Counted from the stretch's first letter, positions 8,228-17,836 are shown. The stretch: DNA of 36,881 bases from Candidatus Kaiserbacteria bacterium RIFCSPLOWO2_01_FULL_54_20 (GCA_001783355.1 MFMA01000027.1:12000-48880); one strand, 5' to 3'. Notes: generated by a model not told the origin, from the letters alone. Translations and numbers: made by a program.

Positions 8228-9976
8228 ATGACACTTCTTCCCGAGCGGCTTTTGAATGTAGCACGGCTCCTGCAAGCGGCATTCGGTGCGTATGCGCTTC
8301 ATATCACACTCATTGCGGTCTTGGGTTTTTTCGCCTCACTTTTAGAGGCGCTCGGTATCAGTGCGGTCATTCCCATTTTCTCATTTGTTACAGGAGGAAG
8401 TGGAGCTGCGGCCGACACGATAACGCACATAATCTCTGGAGTTTTCGCGTATCTGCATATCCCATACACCTTTCGTTTCCTACTTCTTTTCGTGGGAACT
8501 CTTTTTGTTGTCCGTACACTCGCACTCTTCGCCATACAGAACGTCACCGCGCGCATTGTGTTTGGATATGAACGCGACATGCGCAAGAACATGTTCCGGG
8601 TCACATTAATGGCGGACTGGCCGTTCCTTTCTCTGCAGAAGGCAGGACATCTAGATCAGCTTCTTTTAACGAACACAACGAATACGGCGCTTTTTTTTGG
8701 GTTTTTCTCAACGATGGTACTTATTATCACAAAGACCATCGCATATTTGGTGATCGCTATAAACATCTCTCTTCCGGTGGCGCTCCTTTCGCTTCTGGCC
8801 GGCGTTCTTCTTTTTTTTGTTCTCAAGCCGCTTTTCCGCTGGAATAAAGTATTTTCGACGGAAGCCGAAGGCCTCAACCGCTCCGTTGCCCACTACGTTT
8901 CCCAGCACTTAAGTGGTGTGAAGACAGTGAAAGCTCTTGCTGTGGAAGGGCCCGTAGCTCGCACCGCGTCTCGTTATTTCGAAGGGATCCGAAACGTTCA
9001 TGTACGCATCACGACCTTGCGCGGATTTCTTGAAATGGGCGTGCAGTTCGCAGGCCTGGCATTTGTAGCCGGTGTTTTTGCGTACATGTACCGCTCCGGG
9101 AGTTTTAACTTTGCGTCATTTGCTATCATCGTGTACGCCGTGAATCAGATATTTGCACAAGTACAGAGCGCTCAAGTGCAGCTGCATTCGCTGACCTCGA
9201 TGATACCGTATCTTCAGAGCGCGATATCGCACATACGGAGCGCGCGGGAGAGCGGTGAGAGAGAGCATGGCAGCATACAATTCTCGTTCGAGCGTGATAT
9301 AGAGTTTCGGGACGTTTCGTTCTCATATCCGAAACGCACGGGAACACTGGATAACATCTCGTTCCGTGTTCCGCATGGAAAGATCGTTGCCATAGTCGGC
9401 CCGTCCGGCGCGGGCAAGTCCACGATCGCAGACCTTCTTCTACATCTGATCGAACCGTCCAGCGGCAATATCCTGATTGACGGCAGGGACTTGAAAGAAG
9501 TTTCTCTGCATCACTGGCGCAAAGTCGTTGGTTATGTGCCGCAGGAGCCGTTTCTTCTCAACGACACTATCCGGAACAACATCGCATTTTACGACGTCAT
9601 ATCGGACGACGATATGCGTAAATTTGCGGAGCGTGCGAACATACACGATTTCATTGAGACACTGTCGGAAAAGTACGACACTCACATCGGGGACCGCGGC
9701 GTATTTCTCTCTGGTGGTCAGCGTCAGCGTATCGTACTGACGCGGCTTCTCGCGCGGAAGCCGAAACTCCTGGTTCTAGACGAGGCCACAAGCGCGCTCG
9801 ATCCGGAGTCGCAAACCGCTATTCGCAAATCGATCGAAAAACTGCGCGGAGAGGTAACGGTCATAATTATTGCGCACAGTGGCGAAATGCGCGATGCCGC
9901 CGATATCACGATCACTCTCGAGGATGGAAAAGTGCAGAATATTGAGCACCGTTCGCCGAAAGGTGTGGTGATATGA
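8228..9976 (+). CDS. Fused TMD-NBD ABC exporter (MsbA/PglK-like). Candidate flippase or exporter for lipid-linked glycan.
   Basis: 582 aa. N-terminal six-helix-type hydrophobic half. Walker A GPSGAGKST, signature LSGGQRQRI, Walker B LLVLDEATSALD. Confidence 0.9.
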   Translation: MTLLPERLLNVARLLQAAFGAYALHITLIAVLGFFASLLEALGISAVIPIFSFVTGGSGAAADTITHIISGVFAYLHIPYTFRFLLLFVGTLFVVRTLALFAIQNVTARIVFGYERDMRKNMFRVTLMADWPFLSLQKAGHLDQLLLTNTTNTALFFGFFSTMVLIITKTIAYLVIAINISLPVALLSLLAGVLLFFVLKPLFRWNKVFSTEAEGLNRSVAHYVSQHLSGVKTVKALAVEGPVARTASRYFEGIRNVHVRITTLRGFLEMGVQFAGLAFVAGVFAYMYRSGSFNFASFAIIVYAVNQIFAQVQSAQVQLHSLTSMIPYLQSAISHIRSARESGEREHGSIQFSFERDIEFRDVSFSYPKRTGTLDNISFRVPHGKIVAIVGPSGAGKSTIADLLLHLIEPSSGNILIDGRDLKEVSLHHWRKVVGYVPQEPFLLNDTIRNNIAFYDVISDDDMRKFAERANIHDFIETLSEKYDTHIGDRGVFLSGGQRQRIVLTRLLARKPKLLVLDEATSALDPESQTAIRKSIEKLRGEVTVIIIAHSGEMRDAADITITLEDGKVQNIEHRSPKGVVI

Positions 9977-11403
9977 AGGTCTTCCTCATTGGGATCGGGA
10001 GCTTGTTTACCGAGCATATACGCGCGGCAGAGCGGTTAGCGAAAGACCACCAGGTCCTCTATTGGGTACGCCTCGAGGATGTCGTTCCCATGGACACCGC
10101 AAAGTTCCCGGGCACGGTCTTTCACGATTATCGGAATGCGCTTAAAAACATTCCGCCCAAAGAGATGCGAGCGTCCGATTTCGCTCCATGGGGCGCAAAG
10201 GAGATCGCACAGTATTTCGAGACCGAGTCGGAGCTCATGAGCATGATGGACAAATGGTATCCGGATTGGCCGGTCTTGAAGCGAAAAGATTTTTTCTACG
10301 ACCTCTTAAGTTACTGGGGAAGCGTGTTGGATACATATTCTCCGGACGCTATTATCTTTCACGCGCCACCGCACGAGATGTTTAGTTACGTGCTCTACGC
10401 AATAGCTCAGGCAAGAGGCATACGGACACCCATGTTCGACTGTATCCTCGGGCATGACCGCGTGATCTTATATGCCGACTATAAGAAGGGAAATAACACA
10501 CTAGCACGAAAGGCTAAAGCAGAGTTTAAAGACGGATCGGGGTCTCTAAATGACCTTGCGCTTGACTTGCGAGAGTACTACCGGAAAGTCTCCGCATCTC
10601 CAGACCCAACTCCTCCATATGTCGAAGAGTGGAAACTTCAGGCACTCGGATGGGGGAAACTCCGCCGCCGCGCAAAAGCGCTTTTGCCGTTCATTAAAGA
10701 TGGAACGATATTCGAGAGGGCAGCCATGCGATTTTTCAAGTTGCTGAAACCGGGTATTCTTGATGAACAAAAGAAATACGAAAAGTCCGCCGACCTATCG
10801 AAACCGTATGTCTACGCGCCGCTTCATTACCAGCCCGAATGCACGACGAGTCCGCAGGGAGGCATCTTCGTCGACCAGATCCTGATGATAAAGATGCTCG
10901 CGGCGGCCTTGCCGCAGGGCTGGGAGCTGTATGTCAAAGAACATCCGGCTCAACAGCAGGCTCACGGCAACGAATTCACTCCGTATCGGTATCGCGGCTT
11001 CTTCCGTAGCATTGCGGAGCTTCCGAACGTGCGTCTCGTGCCTTCTAGCACGAACACGTTCGAGCTCACCAGATCGTCCAGGGCCGTCGCGACCATCACC
11101 GGCACGGCCGCATGGGAAGCTATTTTGCGCGGCAAGCCGGCGCTCGTCTTCGGGTACCCATGGTTCATGCATGCGCCGGGAATTCTGCGCGTTTCAAGCG
11201 TGAAAGAATGCAAGGAAGCATTCAAGAATATAGAGGGCGGATTTGTGCCCGACGCGAAAATACTTATCAACTACCTTTCCGTCGTCGAGGAAGCGAGTTT
11301 TCGCGGATACACGAGCGGGTACGGCAAGAAGATCGCCGCACTCGATGAAGAGACGGCTATACATGAAATGCACCGCGCACTCGAGGCAGCGCTCGCACAG
11401 TGA
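9973..11403 (+). CDS. KpsS/KpsC-like (Capsule_synth-type) protein. Candidate CMP-ulosonic-acid-dependent glycosyltransferase.
   Basis: 476 aa. PLHYQPE...VKEHP...ITGTAAWEAILRGKPALVFG motifs resemble the capsule polysaccharide biosynthesis family (PLQ-x3-D/E, K-x-HP, GKPV). Clear paralog of 28017..29534. ATGA overlap with the ABC gene. Confidence 0.5.
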   Translation: MKVFLIGIGSLFTEHIRAAERLAKDHQVLYWVRLEDVVPMDTAKFPGTVFHDYRNALKNIPPKEMRASDFAPWGAKEIAQYFETESELMSMMDKWYPDWPVLKRKDFFYDLLSYWGSVLDTYSPDAIIFHAPPHEMFSYVLYAIAQARGIRTPMFDCILGHDRVILYADYKKGNNTLARKAKAEFKDGSGSLNDLALDLREYYRKVSASPDPTPPYVEEWKLQALGWGKLRRRAKALLPFIKDGTIFERAAMRFFKLLKPGILDEQKKYEKSADLSKPYVYAPLHYQPECTTSPQGGIFVDQILMIKMLAAALPQGWELYVKEHPAQQQAHGNEFTPYRYRGFFRSIAELPNVRLVPSSTNTFELTRSSRAVATITGTAAWEAILRGKPALVFGYPWFMHAPGILRVSSVKECKEAFKNIEGGFVPDAKILINYLSVVEEASFRGYTSGYGKKIAALDEETAIHEMHRALEAALAQ

Positions 11404-11426
11404 TCAAAGTTAGAAAAGGTTTCAAC

Positions 11427-12713
11427 ATGAACAGGATGCTAAAAATACTGAACGACCTTACACCCCTGAACAGGGTTTTTTGTTCAAGTGATTATGATAA
11501 GGCTATCGAATACCTTAAAGACATACTGCCATTTAAGGTCATTAGTTATAACGCGGCAGACGAACTTAATGGCTGGGTAATTCCACCAAAATGGGATATT
11601 AAGGAAGCAAAAATCTTAAAGAACGGCAAAGTGCTCTATGACGGTCTTGCACATCCACTTCGTGTAATTTCATTATCAAAGAGCTTTGAGGGCGAAGTCG
11701 ATTCAGAAGAACTCAAACAACATCTTCACTACGATAGCAGAGATAGCAACTCGATTCCCTACCACTTTAGGCAACAATATAGGAGTTGGGATAGGGATTG
11801 GGGTTTTTGTGTCACGAAGAATTTCTTCGATACACTTGAACATGGAAAATATAAAGTGATCATAGAAACAGAAGAATCAGACGGAATCCTTAAAGTTTTA
11901 GATTACACCCATACAGGTTTATTGGAAGAAACGTTTGCATTTGTTGCCCACCTTGACCATCCCGGGATGGCAAATGATGATTTGGCAGGGTGCGCGGTCG
12001 GGGTGGAGCTTTTAAAAAGGCTTTCTAAAAAAAGAACCAAATATTCATATAAACTGCTGTTGGTACAGGAGATAATAGGTTCGGAACACTATTGGGGGAG
12101 GACAAATGCTGGAAATAAGGAAAAAATACTCGAATCCGTTTTCCTCGAAATGTTGGGAACAAAAACGCAATTAGCCTTGCAAGAATCTCTGGGCGCTACA
12201 TCAAACGTAGAACAAGCAATATCAAAAGCAATGGATGTTTCCGGAATATCGTACCGTAGAGGCCCATTCAATAGCATTATTGGTAACGACGAATATATTT
12301 GGGAGGCATATGGGGTACCTATGGCGAGTTTGTCAAGATTCCCCTATCCAGAGTATCACTCAGATCGTGATAATTTTTCTATAATGTCCGAGACAGCTCT
12401 CAATGAAGCGGTGAATGTATTATTGAAAGCTATTGAATACCTCGAATCGTCCACGCTCATTTTTAAGAAATTTCAGGGAAACATATGTTTATCTAATCCC
12501 AAATATGATCTTTATATTGATACGGAACAACCTGCATTTGGGAATATGGCATCTGAGAACGTACAAAAAATGAGGTTACTAGCGGATTTGATCCCAACAT
12601 TGCACCAGCCAACGACTGTCAAAGTTCTTTCTGGCAGAGTGGGGTTACCAGAGATCGATGTTATGACATATTTACAAAAGTGGGTTGAAAAAGGATTAAT
12701 TGAACTTAAATAG
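11427..12713 (+). CDS. COG4310-type aminopeptidase-like domain protein (DUF2172/DUF4910 plus C-terminal winged helix)
   Basis: About 428 aa from the ATG at 11427 (MNRMLKILNDL), which has AAAAGG 9 nt upstream. An alternative GTG at 11400 overlaps the upstream stop. HLDHPGMANDDLAG metal-site-like motif and a C-terminal wHTH-like tail. Markedly lower GC than its neighbours. Confidence 0.55.
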   Translation: MNRMLKILNDLTPLNRVFCSSDYDKAIEYLKDILPFKVISYNAADELNGWVIPPKWDIKEAKILKNGKVLYDGLAHPLRVISLSKSFEGEVDSEELKQHLHYDSRDSNSIPYHFRQQYRSWDRDWGFCVTKNFFDTLEHGKYKVIIETEESDGILKVLDYTHTGLLEETFAFVAHLDHPGMANDDLAGCAVGVELLKRLSKKRTKYSYKLLLVQEIIGSEHYWGRTNAGNKEKILESVFLEMLGTKTQLALQESLGATSNVEQAISKAMDVSGISYRRGPFNSIIGNDEYIWEAYGVPMASLSRFPYPEYHSDRDNFSIMSETALNEAVNVLLKAIEYLESSTLIFKKFQGNICLSNPKYDLYIDTEQPAFGNMASENVQKMRLLADLIPTLHQPTTVKVLSGRVGLPEIDVMTYLQKWVEKGLIELK

Positions 12714-12805
12714 AATAGGAAAATCATTTTCTCCAATGGGGGTAAAGCTTGCTGTCGCACTGGATGGCTGCGCGTCGCAGGCAGGCGTATTCTGATGAAA
12801 TATTG

Positions 12806-12811
12806 TAGAAT
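12806..12811 (+). promoter_or_regulatory. -10-like hexamer TAGAAT 6 nt upstream of the ATG at 12818 (leaderless geometry)
   Basis: The + strand reads TAGAAT-ACGGCC-ATG. Confidence 0.4.
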
Positions 12812-12817
12812 ACGGCC

Positions 12818-13363
12818 ATGGAAATAAAACCGTTCATTGAGGGGAACCTTATTGACCTTCGACCTCTTTCGGAGGAAGACGTGAACCAGAATTATGTTGA
12901 CTGGCTGAATGACGCCGAGGTGTGCAGGTACAATTCGCATCACGTTTTCCCCTATACGTTAGAGCTTGCGAAGAGATATGTTGCCGAAATGCAGACAAGC
13001 AAATCGGATGTCGCTCTGGCGATAGTTGCCAAAGACAGCGGAAGGCACATCGGCAACATTGCTCTTGAGAATATTAATCCGATAAGCCGATGGGCGGAGA
13101 TCGCAATTATCATTGGTGAGAAGAAGGCCTGGGGGAAAGGGTATGGAACCGAGGCAATGCGACTCATGCTGCGACACGGATTCATGGAGCTAAATTTACA
13201 TCGCATTTGGATGGGAACCTTGTCGGATAACATCGGCATGCAGAAAATAGCAATTGCCCTTGGGTTCACCGAAGAGGGGCGCTCGCGCAAAGAAGAGTTC
13301 AAAGATGGTACATTCCATGACGTGATCCGTTATGGAATCTTGCGCGATGAATTTGTGTCTTAG
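12818..13363 (+). CDS. GNAT N-acetyltransferase (RimL/Acetyltransf_3-like). Candidate PseH-type sugar N-acetyltransferase.
   Basis: 181 aa with a GNAT core (IGNIALENI...KAWGKGYGTEAM). Sits immediately upstream of pseB. The PseH assignment rests on context only. Confidence 0.65.
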   Translation: MEIKPFIEGNLIDLRPLSEEDVNQNYVDWLNDAEVCRYNSHHVFPYTLELAKRYVAEMQTSKSDVALAIVAKDSGRHIGNIALENINPISRWAEIAIIIGEKKAWGKGYGTEAMRLMLRHGFMELNLHRIWMGTLSDNIGMQKIAIALGFTEEGRSRKEEFKDGTFHDVIRYGILRDEFVS

Positions 13364-13420
13364 AGGAGGTCACGTTTTTCTTTGAATAAGTCGAGCTTTT
13401 GTGCTATACCGAACGGCAAT

Positions 13421-14428
13421 ATGGCTCGTCGCTCGCCCAGTAAAAGCCTCACCGTGGGGACCTTTCTGAAAGGGAAAACGATCCTTATTACGGGTGGTAC
13501 AGGTACCTTCGGGCATGCTCTCGTCGCTCGCTTGCTCATAGAGAAGGCAGTCAGGAAAATCATCATTCTAAGCAGGGATGAACTCAAACAAAGTCAGCTA
13601 CAGCATCTGTATCCAAACGAGTCGCGTCTGCGATACTTCTTGGGAGATGTGCGCGATAAGGAGCGCCTGATGCGTGCGTTTCGAGGTGTTGATATAGTCG
13701 TTCACGCGGCGGCGCTCAAGCAAGTGCCTGCGACAGAGTACAATCCGTTTGAAGCCGTTAAGACGAATATAGTTGGAACGCAAAATGTCATAGATGCAGC
13801 CATTGACCAGAAAGTACTAAAGGTTCTATTAGTGTCTTCGGATAAAGCGGTGGAACCTATCAATCTCTATGGCGCGACAAAGATGTGCGCGGAAAAGCTC
13901 TGTGTGGCGGCGAATGTGTACGGAGCAGGGTCTACCGCGCTCAGCGTCATTCGCTATGGCAATGTGATAGGCAGTCGCGGCAGCCTCGTTGAACTTATTG
14001 AAAAGCAGCGCGCGGGCGGGGTTATTACTATCACTGATGGCCGAATGACGCGATTTTGGATAAATATTCATCAGGTTATGGACATTGTTCTCGAGTGCCT
14101 TGATGTCATGAAAGGAGGCGAGATTTTTGTTCCAAAGATGAAAAGTGCCCCGGTGCGGGACGTCATGGAGCTTATCGCTCCCGACTGCAAGATAAAAACA
14201 ATCGGCATCAGGCCGGGAGAGAAGATACACGAAATGCTTATTACGCAATATGAGTGCGGGCGTACGCATGAGCTCGCGCATATGTATGTTATCCGTCCGG
14301 AATTCGGCGCGTATGACCCAGCATGGCTTGCACGAACGCCGGCCATTCCAAAGGATTTCTCGTATGGAAGCGGGAACAAAGATTTCAAGCTGACTGAGGC
14401 AGAAGCGAAGACACTTTTTAAGAGATAG
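13421..14428 (+). CDS. pseB: UDP-N-acetylglucosamine 4,6-dehydratase (inverting), PseB/FlaA1 type
   Basis: Trimmed to the ATG at 13421 (the track start at 13382 is TTG). 335 aa. GKTILITGGTGTFG Rossmann motif and YGATKMCAEK (Y-x3-K). Short CapD-like size typical of PseB. Confidence 0.8.
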   Translation: MARRSPSKSLTVGTFLKGKTILITGGTGTFGHALVARLLIEKAVRKIIILSRDELKQSQLQHLYPNESRLRYFLGDVRDKERLMRAFRGVDIVVHAAALKQVPATEYNPFEAVKTNIVGTQNVIDAAIDQKVLKVLLVSSDKAVEPINLYGATKMCAEKLCVAANVYGAGSTALSVIRYGNVIGSRGSLVELIEKQRAGGVITITDGRMTRFWINIHQVMDIVLECLDVMKGGEIFVPKMKSAPVRDVMELIAPDCKIKTIGIRPGEKIHEMLITQYECGRTHELAHMYVIRPEFGAYDPAWLARTPAIPKDFSYGSGNKDFKLTEAEAKTLFKR

Positions 14429-14431
14429 GCT

Positions 14432-15463
14432 ATGGCGCGGCGGTCTCTACCGGGGAAGAAATCGAAATATGGCGTTGCGATAGTCGGTTGCGGGAAGATA
14501 GGGGCTCTTTTTGAAACGGATGCCCGTCGGGAGAAGCCGGCCAGTCATGCCGGTGCCGTCGCCAAGAATCCTAAGACCGAACTCGCGGCGCTCGTGGACA
14601 CAAACCCCAGGAATCTTGCAACCGCGGGAAAAATGTTCCCGCGCGCGGCGCGCTACGTGTCCCTTACTGCGTGCCTCGCGGGTGAGCGACCGGACATTGT
14701 CGTCATTGCCACGCCGCCTTTGGGGCGCGTCTCCATCGCGGCGGCGTGCGTGAAGGCCAAGGTGAACATGATCGTATGCGAAAAGCCGCTTGCGGCGAAC
14801 GTGCGGGAAGGGCGCATGATCGCGCACCTGCTCGCAGGTTCGCACACGACGTTCGTACTCAACTACCAGCGGCGCTTCTCGCCCCTTTTCAAGCGTGTGC
14901 GGGCGGATATCAAGCGGGGCGCGATCGGCCATCTCGAGCAGGTAACCTGCTTCTACTCCAACGGGCTCTTCAACAACGGCGGACACATCGTTGATGCGCT
15001 CCGGTACCTGATCGCGGACAAGATCGTTGCCGTTCAGGCGCTCCGCAATGCAAAGAACACAACGCATCCCGTCGGCGACATGAACGTCGACGCGCTCCTC
15101 ACGACGACAGGCGGTGTTACGATCGCACTTCAAAGCTTCGATCAACATGCGTATGCGATACATGACATCCATATCATGGGAAAGAAAGGCGCGATCACGC
15201 TCACGGATTTCGGCCAGCGCGGCATGTGGCGGTCCGTCGGCCACTCGAAATTCGCCGGTATACGCGCATTGTCTGTACGACGGGGGAGAGAGCGGAGGGT
15301 GCCTTTGAGCGCGACGCGTGATGCACTTCTGCACGTCATCCGGTGTTTCGAGCGCAACGTTCGGCCGGAGAGTGGGGTCGAAAGCGGCATCGCCGTCTTG
15401 CGCGTGCTCGAAGCCCTGAAGAAAAGCGCGAACGCGGGCGGAAAAAAAATCCGGGTACAATAA
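14432..15463 (+). CDS. Gfo/Idh/MocA-family NAD(P)-dependent oxidoreductase
   Basis: 343 aa. N-terminal VAIVGCGKIG Rossmann motif and CEKPLA motif typical of the family. Confidence 0.8.
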   Translation: MARRSLPGKKSKYGVAIVGCGKIGALFETDARREKPASHAGAVAKNPKTELAALVDTNPRNLATAGKMFPRAARYVSLTACLAGERPDIVVIATPPLGRVSIAAACVKAKVNMIVCEKPLAANVREGRMIAHLLAGSHTTFVLNYQRRFSPLFKRVRADIKRGAIGHLEQVTCFYSNGLFNNGGHIVDALRYLIADKIVAVQALRNAKNTTHPVGDMNVDALLTTTGGVTIALQSFDQHAYAIHDIHIMGKKGAITLTDFGQRGMWRSVGHSKFAGIRALSVRRGRERRVPLSATRDALLHVIRCFERNVRPESGVESGIAVLRVLEALKKSANAGGKKIRVQ

Positions 15464-15467
15464 CGGT

Positions 15468-16769
15468 ATGAAGAGAAAAAAGGCGCACACCTCGGAGTCG
15501 AAGCTTGCGCTCCGCGGGGGTACGCCGGTCCTCAAGCAGCCGTATCCACCCGTCTACACGGTAGGGAAGCGGGAGATCGTAGAGGCCATTAAGGTTCTGA
15601 AGGAGGGGCCGCTCTCCGATTTCCTCGGTGTTGCAGGAGAATATTTTTTGGGGGGGAAACGCGTGCGTTCGCTGGAACATGCGTTCACGAAAAAATTCAA
15701 GGTGAAGCACGCAGTCTCATTCAACTCCGCGACGACGGCGCTCCACGGCGCGATAGTCACGCTCGGCATCGGGCCGGGGGACGAAGTCATTCTGCCTCCG
15801 TACACGATGTCGGCGTCGGCAATGGCGGTCCTCATGAACGGGGCCGTGCCTGTCTTTGCGGACATTGACGAGATGACCTTCTGCATCGATGTCGAGTCTG
15901 CTCGTACACGCATCACCAAACATACGAAAGCTATTATGGCGGTGAACTTGTTCGGCCAAGCGGCCGACTTTGAACCGCTCCTTGCGCTCGCGAGAGAGCA
16001 CAACATCAAGATCATCGAGGACAACGCGCAGGCACCCGCCGCGAAATGGCGCGGAAGGTACACGGGAACCATCGGGGATATCGGCGTATTTAGTTTCAAT
16101 TTTCACAAGACTATGCAATCGGGCGAGGGTGGAGTGCTTGTAACGAACAACGACGGCTACGCCCTTCGCGCACAACTGTGCCGCAATCATGGGGAGTCGG
16201 TCGTCGACGGCATGTCCGCGTACGACGGCGGGCCCGTTTTCGGAAGTAATTACCGGATGACGGAACTGACTGCCGCGATAGCGGAAGTACAGCTGTCCCG
16301 TCTTGATTTTCTCAATGCAAAGAATCAGGCGCTCGTGCGGTATCTATCAAAACAACTCTCCGCAATTCCGGGACTCACACTTCCGTATGTGGCATCCGGA
16401 AACAAGCACGTCTATTTTGCGTACGTCATAAAAGTGGATGAAAAGAAGCTGGGCATTTCGCGCGACCGTCTCGTAGAGGCGATGCGGGCGGAAGGATTTC
16501 CGATGTCGCGCGGCTATCAGAAGCCGCTCTATCTGTACAAGCTGTTTCAGGAGCAGCAGGCATTCAACAATACGCATTTTCCTTTCAAGAGCGAGGGGTA
16601 CGACGGCGCTCCGGATTACTCAAAAGGCATCTGTCCCGTTGCCGAGCGACTGTATGAAAAAGAATTAACAATGACGCAGATCTGTCAACATCCGCGGACG
16701 AAGAAACACATCGATCTCTTTGTGCAGGCGCTTAAAAAAGTGCTCGCGCATAAAAACGAACTGCAATGA
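15468..16769 (+). CDS. DegT/DnrJ/EryC1/StrS-family PLP aminotransferase (second copy, not the PseC type)
   Basis: 433 aa. FNSATTALH and FSFNFHKTMQSGEGGVLVTNN (PLP Lys) motifs. Confidence 0.85.
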   Translation: MKRKKAHTSESKLALRGGTPVLKQPYPPVYTVGKREIVEAIKVLKEGPLSDFLGVAGEYFLGGKRVRSLEHAFTKKFKVKHAVSFNSATTALHGAIVTLGIGPGDEVILPPYTMSASAMAVLMNGAVPVFADIDEMTFCIDVESARTRITKHTKAIMAVNLFGQAADFEPLLALAREHNIKIIEDNAQAPAAKWRGRYTGTIGDIGVFSFNFHKTMQSGEGGVLVTNNDGYALRAQLCRNHGESVVDGMSAYDGGPVFGSNYRMTELTAAIAEVQLSRLDFLNAKNQALVRYLSKQLSAIPGLTLPYVASGNKHVYFAYVIKVDEKKLGISRDRLVEAMRAEGFPMSRGYQKPLYLYKLFQEQQAFNNTHFPFKSEGYDGAPDYSKGICPVAERLYEKELTMTQICQHPRTKKHIDLFVQALKKVLAHKNELQ

Positions 16770-16830
16770 ATCCCGCTCGTTCAGTCCGGTCGGTATGCAT
16801 CGCTGCTATTACCAACGTAAAAAGGGCGGG

Positions 16831-17823
16831 ATGAAAGTCCTTTTCAGTGCCAACGATGCGGGCGGCGCGAATGCAATTGCGCCCGTTATTGCCTCTCTCG
16901 CTGGAAAAGGCGCAGAGCTCCACGGAGCGCTGAGCGGTCCGGCGCAAGATATTTTTGCCGCATCCGGCATACCGTTTACCGCCGGATTCTCCGCTTCGCC
17001 AGAGATATTTGTCGCCGGAACGAGCGCGGGGGACACGCCCGATAAGCGCATCATGCGCGAGCTTACGGGGACGCCGAGCCTGTACGTGCTTGATTTCTGG
17101 CTTAATTACTGGCAGAGATTTTCAACAACAGGAAAAAAAGATTTTGCGTACCTTCCGACACGCATCTGTGTGATGGATGAGATTGCAAAAGGGGAAATGA
17201 TTGCTGAAGGGTTCCCACCAGAGCGGCTCATTGTTACAGGCAATCCGCATTTCGATCACTTTGCCGATGCAATCGAGCGCGCAGACGAAGAGGCCGGGCG
17301 AATATTGTTCATTTCACAGCCGCTCCGCGATATCGCTCGCATGCAGGGGTATTCGGGCGCCGCGTACGATGAGTACGCGTCGCTCAGTGACGTCGTGCAA
17401 GCGCTCGAATCAGTGCCGGAACAATTCTACGTATCGATACGTTTGCATCCGAAAGAGTCGGACGAAAAGTACGCAGCATACATAGGGTCGCGCGTGCGCT
17501 GGGCTCCGGAATCCACCATTGAGGGGGCCATTTCGAGATCGGGACTCGTCGTCGGCATGTCGTCTCCGGTATTGATGCAGGCCGCGGCGGCCGGCAAACG
17601 CGTAGTAAGTTACGAGCCGGGGCTTGCGGGTGCCGACAGCTTGGTGAGCAACCGTTGCGGCGTGACGCGGCGATTGGACACTCCCGCCGGGCTTGCGGCG
17701 GAATTCAGCGACTATGCCGCCGGCAAGCCGTCGCCCACCACGGAAGACTTCAGGAAATTCTGGCCGCAGGGAGCTACGGAGCGCGTAGTTGCCGAAGTGT
17801 ATGCACTTGCGGTGAAAAAGTGA
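16831..17823 (+). CDS. Rossmann/GT-B-like protein of unknown function. It occupies the slot where a PseG-type nucleotide-sugar hydrolase would be expected.
   Basis: Trimmed to the ATG at 16831 (MKVLFSANDAGGAN...) with AAAGGG upstream. VTGNPHFD and RLHPKE motifs are reminiscent of the epimerase_2/GT-B folds. No confident family call. Confidence 0.35.
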   Translation: MKVLFSANDAGGANAIAPVIASLAGKGAELHGALSGPAQDIFAASGIPFTAGFSASPEIFVAGTSAGDTPDKRIMRELTGTPSLYVLDFWLNYWQRFSTTGKKDFAYLPTRICVMDEIAKGEMIAEGFPPERLIVTGNPHFDHFADAIERADEEAGRILFISQPLRDIARMQGYSGAAYDEYASLSDVVQALESVPEQFYVSIRLHPKESDEKYAAYIGSRVRWAPESTIEGAISRSGLVVGMSSPVLMQAAAAGKRVVSYEPGLAGADSLVSNRCGVTRRLDTPAGLAAEFSDYAAGKPSPTTEDFRKFWPQGATERVVAEVYALAVKK

Positions 17824-17836
17824 TACAAGTTACCCT

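Noticed and set aside
8165-8302. 5' extension of the FkbM methyltransferase ORF
   Set aside because: It would overlap the divergent ABC exporter start. The ATG at 8164 is preceded by TATAAT at the leaderless spacing.
14447-15535. 362-aa ORF on the - strand, longer than many real genes
   Set aside because: It lies entirely antisense to the well-supported Gfo/Idh/MocA oxidoreductase. Its product is Arg/Pro/Ala-rich with no recognisable motif. This is a typical shadow ORF of GC-rich coding DNA.
16720-16830. 5' extension of the GT-B-like ORF (and likewise 13382-13420 for pseB)
   Set aside because: The extension overlaps the end of the upstream aminotransferase and is Cys/Arg-rich. Internal ATGs give sensible N-termini.
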